Assembly: GCF_009914755.1 (NCBI RefSeq) | Contig: NC_060928.1 | Length of the DNA: 64,000 nt | Reading direction: 5' to 3' (one strand) | From: the human T2T-CHM13v2.0 reference genome, Homo sapiens | Shown here: positions 20,655-35,198 of the stretch, one piece after another | How positions within the stretch are numbered: the stretch's first letter is position 1 | How the letters are laid out: each line of letters opens with the position of its first letter | Made by a program: the position numbers and the translations under genes | The notes under the pieces: model-generated | The model's input: only the letters and a program-made list of their open reading frames with translations | What the model was told of the DNA's origin: nothing | The model's database searches: none

Positions 20655-22873
20655 TGCTAGATGGACGAACAGAAACAACTCTGGTTTGCAGCTCCCAGCA
20701 AGATCAATGCAGAAGGCAGGTGATTTCTGCATTTCCAACCGAGGTACCTGGCTCATCTCTTTGGGACTGGTTAGAGAGTGGGTGCAGCCTACGGAGGGCG
20801 AGCTGAAGCAGGGTGGGGTGTCGCCTCACCCAGGAAGCACAAGGAGTGAGGGAACTCCCTCCCCTAGCCAAGGGAAGCTGTGAGGGACTGTTCCATGAGG
20901 AATGGTGCATTCCGGCCCAGACACTAGGCTTTTCCCACGGTCTTCACAACCCACAGACCAGGAGATTCCCTCAGGTGCCTATGCCACCAGGGCCCTGGGT
21001 TTCAAGCACAAAACTGGGTGGCCATTTGGGCAGACACCAAGCTAGCTGCAGGAGGTTTTTTTCATACCCCAAAGGCACCTGGAGCACCAGCGAGAGAGAA
21101 CCGTTCACTCCCCTGGAAACGGTGCTGAAGCCAGGGAGCCAAGTGGTCTAATTCAGCAGATCCCACCCCCATAGAGCCCAGCAAGCTAAGATCCACTGGC
21201 TTGAAATTCTCCCTGCCAGCACAGCAGTCTGAAGTAGACCTGGGACGCTAGAGTTTGGTGAAGGGAGGGGCGGCTGCCATCACTGAGGCTTGAGTAGGCA
21301 GCTTTCCCCTCACAGTGTAAACAAAGCCTCCAAGAGGTTCAAAATGGGAGGAGCCTACCACAGCTCAGGAAAGCCACTGTGGCCAGACTGCCTTTCCAGA
21401 TTCCTCCTCACTGGGCAGGGCATCTCTGAAAGAAAGGCAGCAGACACAGTCAGAGGCTCCTAGATAAAACTGCCATCTCCCTGGGACAGAGCATCTGGGG
21501 GAAGGGGTGGCTGTGGGCACAGCCTCAGTAGACTTAAACGTTGCGGCCTGGCCAGCTCTGAAGAGAGCAGGGGATCTTCCAGCACAGCGCTCGAGCTCTG
21601 CTAAGGGACAGACTGCCTCCTCAAGTGGATCCCTGACTTCCATGCCTCCTGACTGGGAGACACCTCCTAGCAGGAGTCAACAGGTATCTCATACAGGAGA
21701 GCTCGCGCTGGCATCTGGCAGGTGCCCCTCTGGGACGAAGCTTCCAGAGGAAGGAACAGGCAGCAATATTTGCTGTTCTGCAGCCTCCACTGTTGATACC
21801 CAGGCATACAGGGTCTGGACTAGACCTCCAGCAAACTCCAGCAGACATGCAGCAGAGGGGCCTGTTAGAAGAAAAACTAACAAACAGAAAGGAATAGTAT
21901 CAACATCAACAAAAAAGAAGTCCACACAGAAACCTCATCCGAAGGTGACCAACATCAAAGACCAAAGGAAGTTAAATCCATGAACATGAGGAAAAACCAG
22001 CACCAAAAGGCTGAAAATTCCAAAAACCAGAACGCCTCTTCTCCTTCAAAGGATCACAACTCCTCACCAGCGAGGGTACAAAACTGGATGGAGAATGAGT
22101 TTGATGAATTTACGGAAGTAGGCTTCAGAAGGTGGGTAATAACAAACTTCTCCAAGCTAAAGGAGCATGTTCTAACCCAATGCAAGGAAGCTAAGAACCT
22201 TGAAAAAAGGTAGAGGAATTGCTAACTAGAATAACCAGTTTAGAGAAGAACATAAATGACCTGATGGAGCTGAAACACGCAGCATGAGAACTTCGTGAAG
22301 CATACACAAGTATCAATAGCCAAATCCATCAAGTGGAAGAAAGGATATCAAATATGGAAGATCAACTTAATGAAATAAAGTGTGAAGACAAGATTAGAGA
22401 AAAAAGAATGAAAAGGAACAAAGACTCCAAGAAATATGGGACTATGCGAAAAGACCAAATGTACAATTGATTGGTGTACCTGAAAGTGACAGGGAGAATG
22501 GAACCAAGTTGGAAAACACTCTGCAGGATATTATCCAGGAGACCTTCCCCAACCTAGCAAGACAGAACAACATTCAAATTCAGGAAATACAGAGAACACC
22601 ACAAAGATACTCCTCGAGAAGAGCAACCCCAAGCCACATAATTGTCAGATTCACCAAGGTTGAAATAAAGGAAAAAATGTTAAGGGCAGCCAGAGAGAAA
22701 GGTCGGGTTACCCACAAAGGGAAGCCCATCAGACTAACAGCGGATCTCTCTGCAGAAACCCTACAAGCCAGAAGAGAGTGGGGGCCAATATTCAACATTC
22801 TTAAAGAAATAATTTTCAACCCATAATTTCACATCCAGCCAAACTAAGCTTCATAAGCGAAGGAGAAATAAAA
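20655..22873 (+). mobile_element. L1PA7/8-like 5'UTR plus ORF1, lacking ORF2 and the 3' end
   Basis: L1 5' start (agatggacgaacagaaacaactctgg...gcagctcccagc); ORF1 peptides (GVPESDRENGTKLENTLQDIIQE, REKGRVTHKGKPIRLTADLS); ends at ggagaaataaaat. Confidence 0.92.
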
Positions 22874-22989
22874 TTACTTACAAGAGGGATTATTTATAGA
22901 TACCTCTCAAAGCTTGCACCAATATATTATTACATTATAAATCCGAAAAAAAGAGCAGAATTTCCCAAAAATGTTAGACCACAGGAGTT

Positions 22990-23225
22990 TTAGTACACAA
23001 ACTCCAGAGCCATATGGCCTCCTTTGTTTAAATTCTGCCTCTAGTAACTGTGGCATCTTGGACAAGTCACTTAATCGTCCTGTGCCTTAGTTTCTGCATC
23101 TGAAAAGTTGCAATAGTGAAAGCACCTACTTTATTGGGTAGTTGTGAAGCTTCAATGGGTTAGCATGAGTGAAGTATTTGCAGCAGTACCTGCCTCATAG
23201 TAAACACCACAAAGTTTCGCTATTG
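22990..23225 (+). mobile_element. MIR
   Basis: MIR core ttggacaagtcacttaa...gccttagtttctgcatctgaaaa. Confidence 0.75.
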
Positions 23226-25405
23226 TTAGAGCATTAGTTTTGTGTTGCTGTTATTCCTTATTCCAGCTGTCATTATTTTAGAGGACTACACATTAACATC
23301 TCAGTGATCTAGAACAAATGGAGCAATGTGAGAAACTGTGCTGTATCTTGATCAGTAGTTACCCAACCCAGTGAGTCTGAAAACAACAGATTGCTATCCC
23401 TCCCACGTGAGATTCTGATGCAATTGGTCTGTGACAGAGACCAGGAATTTAAGACCTGTATTTCAGAACTCTAGGAAACTTTTTCGCCTCAGCATGTGAG
23501 AACTTTAGAGGTTTAATGAAAGACAAGAGGCTAGAATCCCACAATGGCTAGTGGACTTAATCCATGGCACCACCAATTGAACAGTCTGTTAAACTACTCA
23601 TTTATTGTAGTGGTTTAAGGCAGTTGCAAGGAAACATGAGTGAGGCCTTCCAAAAGGGTTAGTAGTATCTCATGGTCCAGAGCAGTGTGGGGAAGGGCAA
23701 AAAAATGGATAAGAGGTATGAGAAGAGACAATAAAATAACTTGCACCAAAGATAAATGCATTTCACTGTTTTCTAGATATTGTCAGTGTCCCTGCCACAC
23801 ATGTTATACCATTTTGCAATCCTAACAGCAACAAGCAATAGTGACTGTTTCTCCAAAGTCTCCCCCACAGAATGAACTATTGCACCTTTGGCTTTCTGCC
23901 TATCAGGGTGAAATATTGTATGTTAGTATAATTTTAATTTGCATGCCCTTAATTTGCATATTCTCTTTATATGTTTAGGTCTATTTGTATTTATTTTTTT
24001 GTAAACTATATGGCTTTGAATTCTCTTTGTCACAAGTGTAAGCTGTTCCATAACAGCTTATGCTATTATGGGCTATGTTCATAAACCACTCAAAGAGCTA
24101 CAGAAAATAGAATGAAGTATAGTCCTTTCATGATCACTTGCCCTTCTTATTGCTAAAAGAACCAACAGAGCACCAAAGAGACCTTATAGCTGTTCCTCAA
24201 CTGGAGTAGACCAGGCTATTCCCTAGTTCACCCTGGTAGCAACAGCCAGCTTTCTTCCTCAGACAAACCAAAATATCATAAGTCTCTTGTTTGGAGAAAT
24301 GGGAGACTTGGTCCATATGTTTAAAGGGTCTACATCATTTGCCATTTTCTTAATCTTGGAAGGAAACATAGATTGACTTCAAAATGTTATATTTTTTCAT
24401 GTAACAAAGAGAAATGTCATGATGAATCAAATGAATCAAAAGATCAATTTCACACAATTGTGGTATTTTGTAAACTGAATATGGATACTTAACATATTGT
24501 GAAAATTAAATTGCTTGTGGTACTTAAGCATTGAATTAATTAAAACTCCTCTAATTCAAAAATGTTATCTATCTGCTAAGCACAATATATTTATATAAGG
24601 TCTGAAAAAAATAGCCCTTATTTTTAATTATGTTTTGTTATTGTGTTAAAGTTACACTGGCCAACAAAATTAGAACTTAGTTATTACACTTGATGGAAAA
24701 GCTTATGTCATCCATAACTACAATTGAACCCAACATGGGAAAAGCCACTGGTTTCAGCTGATATGGAATTAATTTATACTCTGAAAAGCTTACTAACTGG
24801 AAGGTACTTGAAAGTTATTATATTGATTATAATATCTTGAATATCAAAAATAATGGATTTTTTTCCTGAGCACACACATATTTTCTTTCTCTTTTATTCC
24901 TAATGCAGGGGTAAGCAGAAAGGACACTATTATCTACCCACTCCGCGTGGGCTCTCATCCAATTAAAGGGACACAGACCCTAAAGAATGATCATACAAAA
25001 CACTAAATATATCATTTCCCATTAGCACAGCACACATCTTATTCCTGGTAGTAGAAATTAGGCCATGCTAATGTGAGAGTCTAATAATGAGAGCATAAGA
25101 ACTAATACACATCACTAAGATGAGTTTCAAGTTTCCAAGAATCAACCTAATTCTCTTTATAATATGCAAACTGGTAGAAGATGCTAGGAGGCTTTTGGCG
25201 AAAGAAAAAGAAAGAGTAGAGTGATGGTTAATTTTACCTGTCCACTTGGCTGAGCCACAGTACCCAGATACATGGTCAAACATTATTCTAAATGTTTCTA
25301 TAAAGATTTCTTTTAGATGAGATTAACATTTACAACAGTAGACTGAGCAAAGCAGACTACCCTCCATAATGTGGGTGGGCCTCATCCAATCAGTTGAAGG
25401 CTTTA

Positions 25406-25802
<397 letters not shown>

Positions 25803-27687
25803 TCATACTGCGGCATCACCTCTTCCCTGAGTCTACAACCAGCCTGCCTACCCTGCAGATTTCAGACCTGCCTGTCTCCTCCACAATTGTGTCAGCTAAG
25901 CTAATTCCTTGAAATAAATCTCTTGAGTGGGGGATCCAAAATGGCCAATTAGAAGGCGCTGCGGTCAGCACTCATGGAAAGGAATGAAAAGGGGTGAGTA
26001 AATTCAGCACCTTCAACTGAAATATCCAGGTTCTTACACTGGGACTAACTAGGCAAACAACTCAAACCACAAACAATGAAAAAAAGCTTTTGGGGTTGGG
26101 GAGGACAACAGCCCACCCAGGAGTAGCATAAAGCCAAAGGAACTCCCGTCCCCACCAAGGGAAGCAGTGAGTGATTGTGCAACACGGTCTGGGAAACCAT
26201 GCTTCTCCCATGGATCTTTGCAATCTGTGGATCAGGAGATCACCTCATGAGCCCACACCACCGGGCCTTGGGTCCAATACACAGAGCTGTGTGGAGTCTT
26301 AGTAGATCAGCCACTCAGGCACACACAGAGTTTTATATACTGCAGCCCCAGGATTCCCAGTGAGGTGAGAAATCCATTCATACATATCTCTAGGAAGGGG
26401 TCTGAATCCAGGGAGCCAAGCAGCCTCGTTCTGCACATCCCACAACCATGACACCCCACAAGTTAAGTCCCACTGGCTTAGAATTCCAGCCAGCTGATGG
26501 CAACAGACTGGAATCTGCCTGAGATGGGTCTGAGTTCCCAGGGAGGATGGGCAGGCACCATCTCTGCAGTTTGGTTGACTCAGCCATTCCAGCCTGCCAG
26601 CTCTGGAGAATACAAATCGTCCAGAGAAGGAAGGGCACCCCCTAGAACAGCACACCTGCTATACCAAAAAGCAACCAGACTGCTTTAAGCTGGTCACTGA
26701 TCCTGTTCCTCCTGACTGGGTGAGACCTCCCAAGAGGGGTCTCCGGCCACCTCCTACAGGTACGTTTGGGCAGCAACAGGTCAGTACACCCCTGGGATGA
26801 TGCTTCCAGAGGAAAGAGCAGACTGCCATCTTTGCTGTTTCACAGCCTTCATTGGTGGTACCTCCAGGTATGGGAAAAACTGAGGTAATAGGGTCTGGAG
26901 TGGACCTCCAGCAAACCACAGCAGCCTTATGATAGAGTAGCCTGACTGTTAAAAGAAAAACAAATAAACAGAAAACAACAACAACAACATCAACAAAAGA
27001 GACTCCACAAAAACCCCATTCAAAGGTCAGCAACCTCAAAGATCAAAGGTAGATAAGCCCACAAAGATGAGACAAAAATTAATGCTAAAGTGATGAAACT
27101 CAGAAAGCCAGAGTGCCTCTTCTCCTCCAAATGACCGCAACCCCTCTCCAGCAAGGGCACAGAACTGGGCTGAAGCTGAAATGGCTGAATTGACAGAAGT
27201 AAGCTTCAGAAGGTGGGTAATAACAAACTTCAGTGAGCTAAAGAAGTATTTTGTAACCCAATGCAAATAAGCTAAGAATCATGATAAAACAATACAGGAG
27301 CTGAAAGCCAGAATAGCCAATTTAGAGAGAAAAACAACTGATCTGATGGAGCTGAAAAACACTGTACAAGAACTTCACAATGCAATCATAAGTATCAATA
27401 GCAGAACAGACCAAGCAGAGGAAAGAATCTCAGAGCCTGAAGACTGTCTTTCTGAAATAAGACAGACAGACAAGAATAGAGAAAAAAGAATAAAAAAGAA
27501 TGAACAAAACCTCTCAGAAATATGGAATTATGTAGAAAGACTAAACCTACAAGTGAGTGGGGTACCTGAAAGAGATGGGAAGAATGGAACCAAGTTAGAA
27601 AACATACGTCAAGATATCATCCAGGAGCACATCCCAACCTAGCAAGACAGGCCAACATTCAAATTCAGGAACTGCAGAGAACCCCAG

Positions 27688-28057
27688 TGTATTAGTCTGT
27701 TCTCATACTGCTAATAAAGACATACCTGAGACTGGGTAATTTATAATGAAAGAGGTTTAATTGACTCACAGTTCCACGTGGCTGGGGAGGACTCACAATC
27801 AAAGCAGAAGATGAATGAGGAGCAAAGTCACATCTTACATGGCAGCAGGCAAGAGAGCAAGTGTAGGGGAACTCCCCTTTACACAACCATCAGATCTCAG
27901 ATATCATGAAACTTATTCATTATCATGAGAATAGCATGAGAAAGACCTGCCCCCATGATTCAGTTGCCTCCCACCGCGTCCCTCCCATGACACATGGGAA
28001 TCATAAGAGCTGCAATACAAGATGATATTTGGGTGAGGACACAGCCAAATCATATCA
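27688..28057 (-). mobile_element. THE1C/D solo LTR (ERVL-MaLR) inserted in L1 ORF1
   Basis: tgtattagtctgttctcatactgctaataaagac...cagccaaatcatatca; TSD cccag / cccaa. Confidence 0.92.
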
Positions 28058-30643
28058 CCCAATAAAATACTCCACAAAAAGACCAACCCCAAGACATATA
28101 ATTATCAGATTTGCCAAGGTCAAAATGAAAGAAAAAATGTTAAGGGCAGCCAAAGAGAAGGACCAGGTCACCTACAAAGGGAATCCATCAGACTAACAGC
28201 AGATCTCTCAGCAGAAACCCTACAAATCAAAAGAGAGTGGGGGCCAATATTCAACTTTCTTAAAGAAAAGAATTTTAAACCCAGAATTTCATATCTGGCC
28301 AAACTAAGCTTCATAAGCAAAGGAGAAATAAAATCTTTTTCAGACAAGCAAATGCTGAGGGAATTCATCACCATCAGGCCTGCCTTGCAAGAGCTCCTGA
28401 AGAAAGCACTAAATATCCAAAGGAAAAACTGGTACCAGCCACTACAAAAACACACTGAAGCACACAGATCAGTGACACCATGAAGCAACTGTATCAACAA
28501 GTCTGCAAAATAACCAGCCAGCATCATGATGACAGGATCAAATTCACACATAACCATACTAACTTTAAATGTAAATGAGCTAAATGCCCCAATTAAAACA
28601 CAGAATGGCAAGCTAGATAAAGAGCTAAGACTCATGGGTATGCTCTCTTCAAGAGACACATCTCAAGTACAAAGACACACATAGGCTCAAAATAAACAGA
28701 GGGAAGAAAATTTACTAAGCAAATGGAAAACAGAAAAAAGCAAGGGTCACAATCCTAATTTCTGACAAAATAAACTTTAAACCAACAAAGATAAAAAAAA
28801 AAAAAGAAAAAGAAAGGCATTACATAATGGTAAAGGGATCAATTCAACAAGAAAAGCTAACCATCTTAAATATATATACACCTAATATAAGAGCACCCAG
28901 ATTCATAAAGCAAGTTCTTAGAGATCTACAAAGAGCTTAGACTACCACACAATAAGAGTGGGAGACATTAACACCCCACTGACAATACTGGACAGATCAT
29001 TGAGACAGAAAATTATCAAAGATATTCAGGACCTGAACTCAGCTCTGGATCAATTGGACCTAATAGCTATCTACAGAACTCTCCACCCCACAACAACAGA
29101 ATATACATTCTTCTCATTGCCAACAGCACTTAAACTAAAACTGATCACATATTCAGAAGCAAAACACTCCTCAGCAAATGCAAAAGAACTGAAATCATAA
29201 CAAACAGTCTCTTAGACCACAGTGCAATCAAATTAGAACTCAAATTTAAGAAACTAACTCAAAACCACATAACTACATGGAAATTGAACAACTTGCTCCT
29301 GAACAACACCTAGGTAAATAATAAAATTAAGGCAGAAATCAAGTTCTTTGAAACTAATGAGAACAAAGACAATGTGCCAGAGTCTCTGGAATGCAGCTAA
29401 ATCAGTGTTAAGAGGAAAATTTATAGCACTAAATGCCCACATCAAAAAGCTAGAAAGATCTCAAGTTAACAACCTAACATCATAACAAAAGAACAAAAGA
29501 ACAAAAGAACCAAGAGAAAACAAACCCCAAAGCTAGCAGAAGACAAGAAATAACCAAGATCAGAGCTGAACTGAAGGAGACAGAGACACGAAAACCCCTA
29601 CAAAAAAATCAATGAATCCAGGAACTGGGTTTTTTTTTCCCAAAAATTAATAAAATAGAGCAGTAGGCTACATAATGAGAAAAGAGAGAAGAATCAAATA
29701 AACACAATCAGAAATGATAAGGAGGATATTATTACCACTGACCCCACAGAAATACAAACAACCATCAGAGAATACTATAAACACCTCTATGCACATGAAG
29801 TAGAAAAATCTAGAAGAAATGGATAAATTCCTGGACACATAAATCCTCCTAAGACTGAACCAGGAAGAAACAGAATCCTTGAATAGACCAATAATTGGTT
29901 CTGGAAATGAGGTAGTCTACAAGCCAAAAAAAAAAAGAAAAAAACCCAGAACCAGATATATTCACAGCTGAATTCTACCAGATTTACAAAGAAGAGTTGG
30001 TACCATTTCTACTGAAACTATGCCAAACAAAATTGAAAAGAAGGGACTCCTGCCTAACTGATTATGTGAAGCCAGCATCATCCTGATACCAAAACCTGGC
30101 AGAGATACAACAAAAAAAGAAAACTTCAAGCCAATATTCTTGATGAACATCAATGTAAAAATCCTCAGTAAATACTGGATAGTTAAATCCAGCAGTACAT
30201 CAAAAAGCTTATCCACCGTTATCAAATTGGCTTCATCCTTGGGATTCAAGTTTGGTTCAACATACAAAAATCAATAAATGTGATTCATATTCATAACATA
30301 AACAGAACTAAACACAAAAACCCCACGATTATCTCAACAGATGCAGAAAAGGCCTTCAATAAAATTCAACATCCCTTCATGTTAAAAACTCTCAATAAAC
30401 TAAGTGTTGAAGGAACGTACCTCAAAATAGTAAGAGCATGACAAACCCACAACCAATATCATACTAAATGGACAAAAGCTAGAAGACTTCCCCTTGAAAA
30501 ACACCTCAAGACAGGGATGCCCTCTCTCACCACTCCTATTCAACAGAGTATTGGATGTTCTGGCCAGGGCAATCAGGCAAGAGAAAAAAGAAATAAAGGG
30601 CATTCAAATAGGAAAAGAGGAAGCCAAATTATCTTTGTTTTCA

Positions 30644-30935
30644 GGCGGGTGTGGTGACTCACGCCTGTAATCCCAGCACTTTGGGAGGACGAGGTGGGTG
30701 GATCACCTGAAGTCAGGAATTTAAGACCAGCCTGCCCAACATGGCAAAACTCCATCTCTACTAAAATATAAAAATTAGCCAGGCATGGTGGCGCATGCCT
30801 ATACTCCCAGCTACTTGGGATGCTGAGGCAAGAGAATCACTTGAGCCTGGAAGCAAAGGTTGCAGTGAGCCAAGCTCATGCCACTGCACTCCAGCCTGGA
30901 CAACAGAGTGAGACTCTATCTGAAAAAAATATATG
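30644..30935 (+). mobile_element. AluS inserted at the L1 RT LFADD codons
   Basis: Flanks tatctttgttttcag and tatcattgtttgcag (degenerate TSD). Confidence 0.92.
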
Positions 30936-32014
30936 TATCATTGTTTGCAGATGACATGATCCTATATCTAGAAAACCCCATCATCTCAGCTCAAAAAGCT
31001 TCTTAAACTGATAACTTGAGCAAAGTCTCAGGATATAAAATCAATGTGCAAAAATCACTAGCATTTCCATACAACAACAACTGGCAAGCAGAGAACCAAA
31101 TCAGGAATGAACTCTCATTCACAATTGCTACTAACAGAATAAAATATATAGGAATACAGCTAACAAGGAACATGAAGGACCTCTTCAAGGATAACTATAA
31201 ACCTCTGCTCAAAGAAATCAGAGATGACACAAACAAATGGAAAAACATTCCATCCTCATGGATAGGAAGAATAAATATTGTGAAAATGGCCACATTGCCC
31301 GAGGTAATTTATAGGTTTTATGCTATTCACATTAAACTACCATTGACATTCTTCACAGTATCAGAAAAAACCATTCTAAATTCATATGAACCAAAAAAAG
31401 AGCCCATATAGCCAAGGCAATCCTAAGCAAAAAGAACCAAGCTGGAGGCACCACACTACCTGGTTTTAAACTATACTACAAGGCTACAATAACCAAAACA
31501 ACATAATACTGGTACAAGAGCAGACACATAGACCAATGGAACAGAATAGAAATCACAGAAATAAGACTACACACCTACAACCATCTGATCTTCTACAAAC
31601 CTGACAAAAACAAGCAACAGGAAAGGGATTCCCTAATTAATAAATGGTACTAGGAGAGCTGGCTAGCCATATGCACAAAACTGAAACTGAACCCCTACCT
31701 TACACCTTATATAAAAATTAACTCAAGATGGATTACAGACTTAAAGTTAAAACCCAAAACCATAAAAACCCTAGAAGAAAATCTAGGCAATACCATTCAA
31801 GACATAGGCACAGGCAAAGATTTCATAAAGAAAACACCAAAAGCAATTGCAACAATAGCAAAAATTGACAAAGGGGATCTAATTAAACTAAAAAGCTTCT
31901 GCACAGCAAAAGAAACTATCATCAGAGTGAACACGCAACCTACGGAATGAGAGAAAAATTTTCCAATCTATCCATCTGACAAAGGTCTAATATCCAGAAT
32001 CTATAAGAAACTCA

Positions 32015-32474
<460 letters not shown>

Positions 32475-33197
32475 AAGATAACATCTCACAGCGGTCAGAG
32501 CGGCTATAAAAAAGGCAAAAAAGAACAGATACTGGTGAGGTTACAGAGAAAAAGGAATACTTTTACACTGTTAGTGGTAGTGTAAATCAGTTCAATCATT
32601 GTGAAAGACAGTGTGGTGATTCCTCAAAGACCTAAAAATAGAACTGCCATTCGACCCAGCAATCCCATTACTGGGTATATATCCAAAGACATATAAATCA
32701 TTCTATTATAAAGAAACATTCACACATATGTTCATTGCAGCACTATTCACAATAGCAAAGACATGGACTCAACCTAAATGCCCATCAATGATTGACTGGA
32801 TAAAGAAAATATGGTACATATAGACCATAGAATACTATGCAGTCACAAAAAGGAATGAGAACATGTCCTTTGCAGGGACATGGATGGAGTTGGAAGCCAT
32901 TATCCTCAGCAAAACCAAATATCACATGTTCTCACTTATAAGTGGGAGGTGAATGGTGGAACACATGGAAACAGGGAGGGGAACAACACACACTGGGGCC
33001 TGTTGGAGGGGGGTGTGGGGAAAGGGAGAGAATCAGGAAGAATAGCTAATGGATGCCAGGCTTAATACCTACATGATGGGATGATCTGTGCAGCAAACCA
33101 TCATGGCACACATTTACCTATGTAACAAACCTGCACATCCTGCACATGTACCACTGAACCTAAAATAAAAGTTGAAGAAAAAAAATTAAAAATTTCT

Positions 33198-33215
33198 GTC
33201 TCCTCTCTCTCCCTG

Positions 33216-33256
<41 letters not shown>

Positions 33257-33275
33257 TGCACACACATACACATAC
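33198..33275. repeat. (CT)n(CA)n microsatellite within MLT2
   Basis: Direct reading. Confidence 0.85.
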
Positions 33276-34211
33276 CCTATTTGTTCTGTTTCTCTGGACA
33301 ACTCTGACTAATACAAACAGTAAGAGGTTTGCAGGTTATAACCTGGAAATAGCAATGTGGTAAGGGATAAGGGTAAAGAAAGAGCCTTCAAATGGGGAAA
33401 TGTCTGGCTAAGCAGCTGATATATCTGCCATGGATTAGACACCCGCACAGACATCACATCAGTTCAGGCACCCTCCAGCTGGGACACAGGTTCTTACACC
33501 CGGGCTAAACCACTCATCTGCCATACAGCCAGCACACAGTAATAAGGGGAACACTGGGTGACTTGGCCCTGCTCACATCTAAAGCTCGATCTCTCCCAAC
33601 TTGTTCCTGCTTTGTTTCTTGAATTTGTGTGTGTCAGCCTCTGATTTTATACCCATCCCTTGAAGCTCCTCAACATCACCATCATCTCTAACCTGATGAA
33701 GATTTAGTTTCTTCAGTTTAACACTTGGTGGTCCTCCATGAATGTGCTTTGCCATGTGTCCTCCAGCTTTACCAACTCTTGGCATTTCTTCAAACAGGTC
33801 TGGATCTCTAGCCCCTTCCCTAGAATGTCAACAATTCATTAAGGAGAGACCAATCTCACCTCATCTTGGCAACAGGGTCTTCCTTCACTACAGGCTTGTG
33901 AGGTCCTCTCAGTTCAAGGTTCTCATCTTCTCTTTGATAATACCTGTAGAGGCTTCATAAAGGAAACAAAAGTATTATTTGTAAAGAGCAGAACCTACAA
34001 AAAGGCGTTAATAAAATAAAACTTACTAGACAGCTAACTAAAGTATAAATACATACAAAACTAACAACATAAAACATTAAAATATGGCTACACTCATTTT
34101 ACTGATGAGAAAAACGAGGCTCAGAATGTTCTCCAAGAGATGCCCAAAGCACCACAGCTGGGTTCTATATCCATACTGGTTATCAGATTTCAGAGCACAT
34201 AGTCTTTTAAA

Positions 34212-34538
34212 ATTTTTTTTCTTTTTCTTTTATTTTATTGTAAGCTGTGGGACACATGTGCAGGATGTGCAGGTTTGTTACATAGGTAAACATGCACCAT
34301 GGTGGTTTGCTGCACCTATCAACCCATCGCCTAGGTATTATCCTGATGCTCTCCCTCCCCCGCCCCCATACCAATAGGCCCCTGTGTGTGTTGTTCCCCT
34401 CCCTGTGTCCATGTGTTCTCATTATTCAGCTCCCGCTTATAAGTGAGAACATGCACTGTTTTGTTTTCTGTTCCTGCATTAGTTTGCTGAGGATAATGGC
34501 TTTGAGGTCCATCCATCCCTGCAAAAGACATTATCTCA
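34212..34538 (-). mobile_element. L1PA 3'-end fragment
   Basis: Poly-T followed by antisense L1 3'UTR (gtgcaggtttgttacataggtaaac). Confidence 0.88.
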
Positions 34539-34760
34539 TGTGCACGTTCTGCACATGTATCCCAGAACTTAAATTATAATTTTAAAAAAAATGGGCCAAA
34601 GACCTTAACAGATACCTCCCAAAGAAGAGCTATAGATGGCAAATAAGCATATGAAAAGATGTTCCACATCATATGTAATCATTAAATTAAATGAAATTAA
34701 ACAACAACGAGATAGCCCTATACACTTATTAGAATGGTCAAAATCCAGAACACTAACGCC
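34539..34760 (+). mobile_element. Short L1PA extreme 3' end with A-tail, followed by an older L1M ORF2 fragment
   Basis: tgcacgttctgcacatgtatcccagaacttaaa...aaaaaaaa, then tgggccaaagaccttaacagatacc...gcaaataagcatatgaaaagatg. Confidence 0.75.
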
Positions 34761-35007
34761 GGGGATGACTGATTGAATAAAAGGGCAGTGAGAGAGAAGG
34801 AGATGTCAAGGTAAAGAGACAAAGAGCTGGTCATCTTAGTTGGAGAACAGAATCTAGCAGTCTACATAAACGTAATGAAAATTGAGTGCCAATCATATGT
34901 GAAACATTTTCTGAAATCTTTTACAACCTTGGAAAGTAGATATTATTATCTCTATTTTTTAAGAGAGTATGCTGAGGCTCAAAAAGATTCTGCACTGTCT
35001 ACTATGG

Positions 35008-35198
35008 CAGCCACTGGCCATAAGTGACAATTTATTTTTCAATTTTATTTAAATTAAATAAGACCAAGAATCAAGTTCATCATTAGCACTAGCCCCACTG
35101 CAAGGGCTCAGTAGCCACATATGGTTAGTGGCTGCCATATTGGACAGTGCTGTTCTAGAACATTTCCATTATAGCAAAAGTGCTATTGGACAGCCTGG
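35008..35198. mobile_element. MER3-like hAT-Charlie MITE
   Basis: ctcagtagccacatatggttagtggctgccatattggacagtgc...ctattggacagcctg. Confidence 0.6.
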
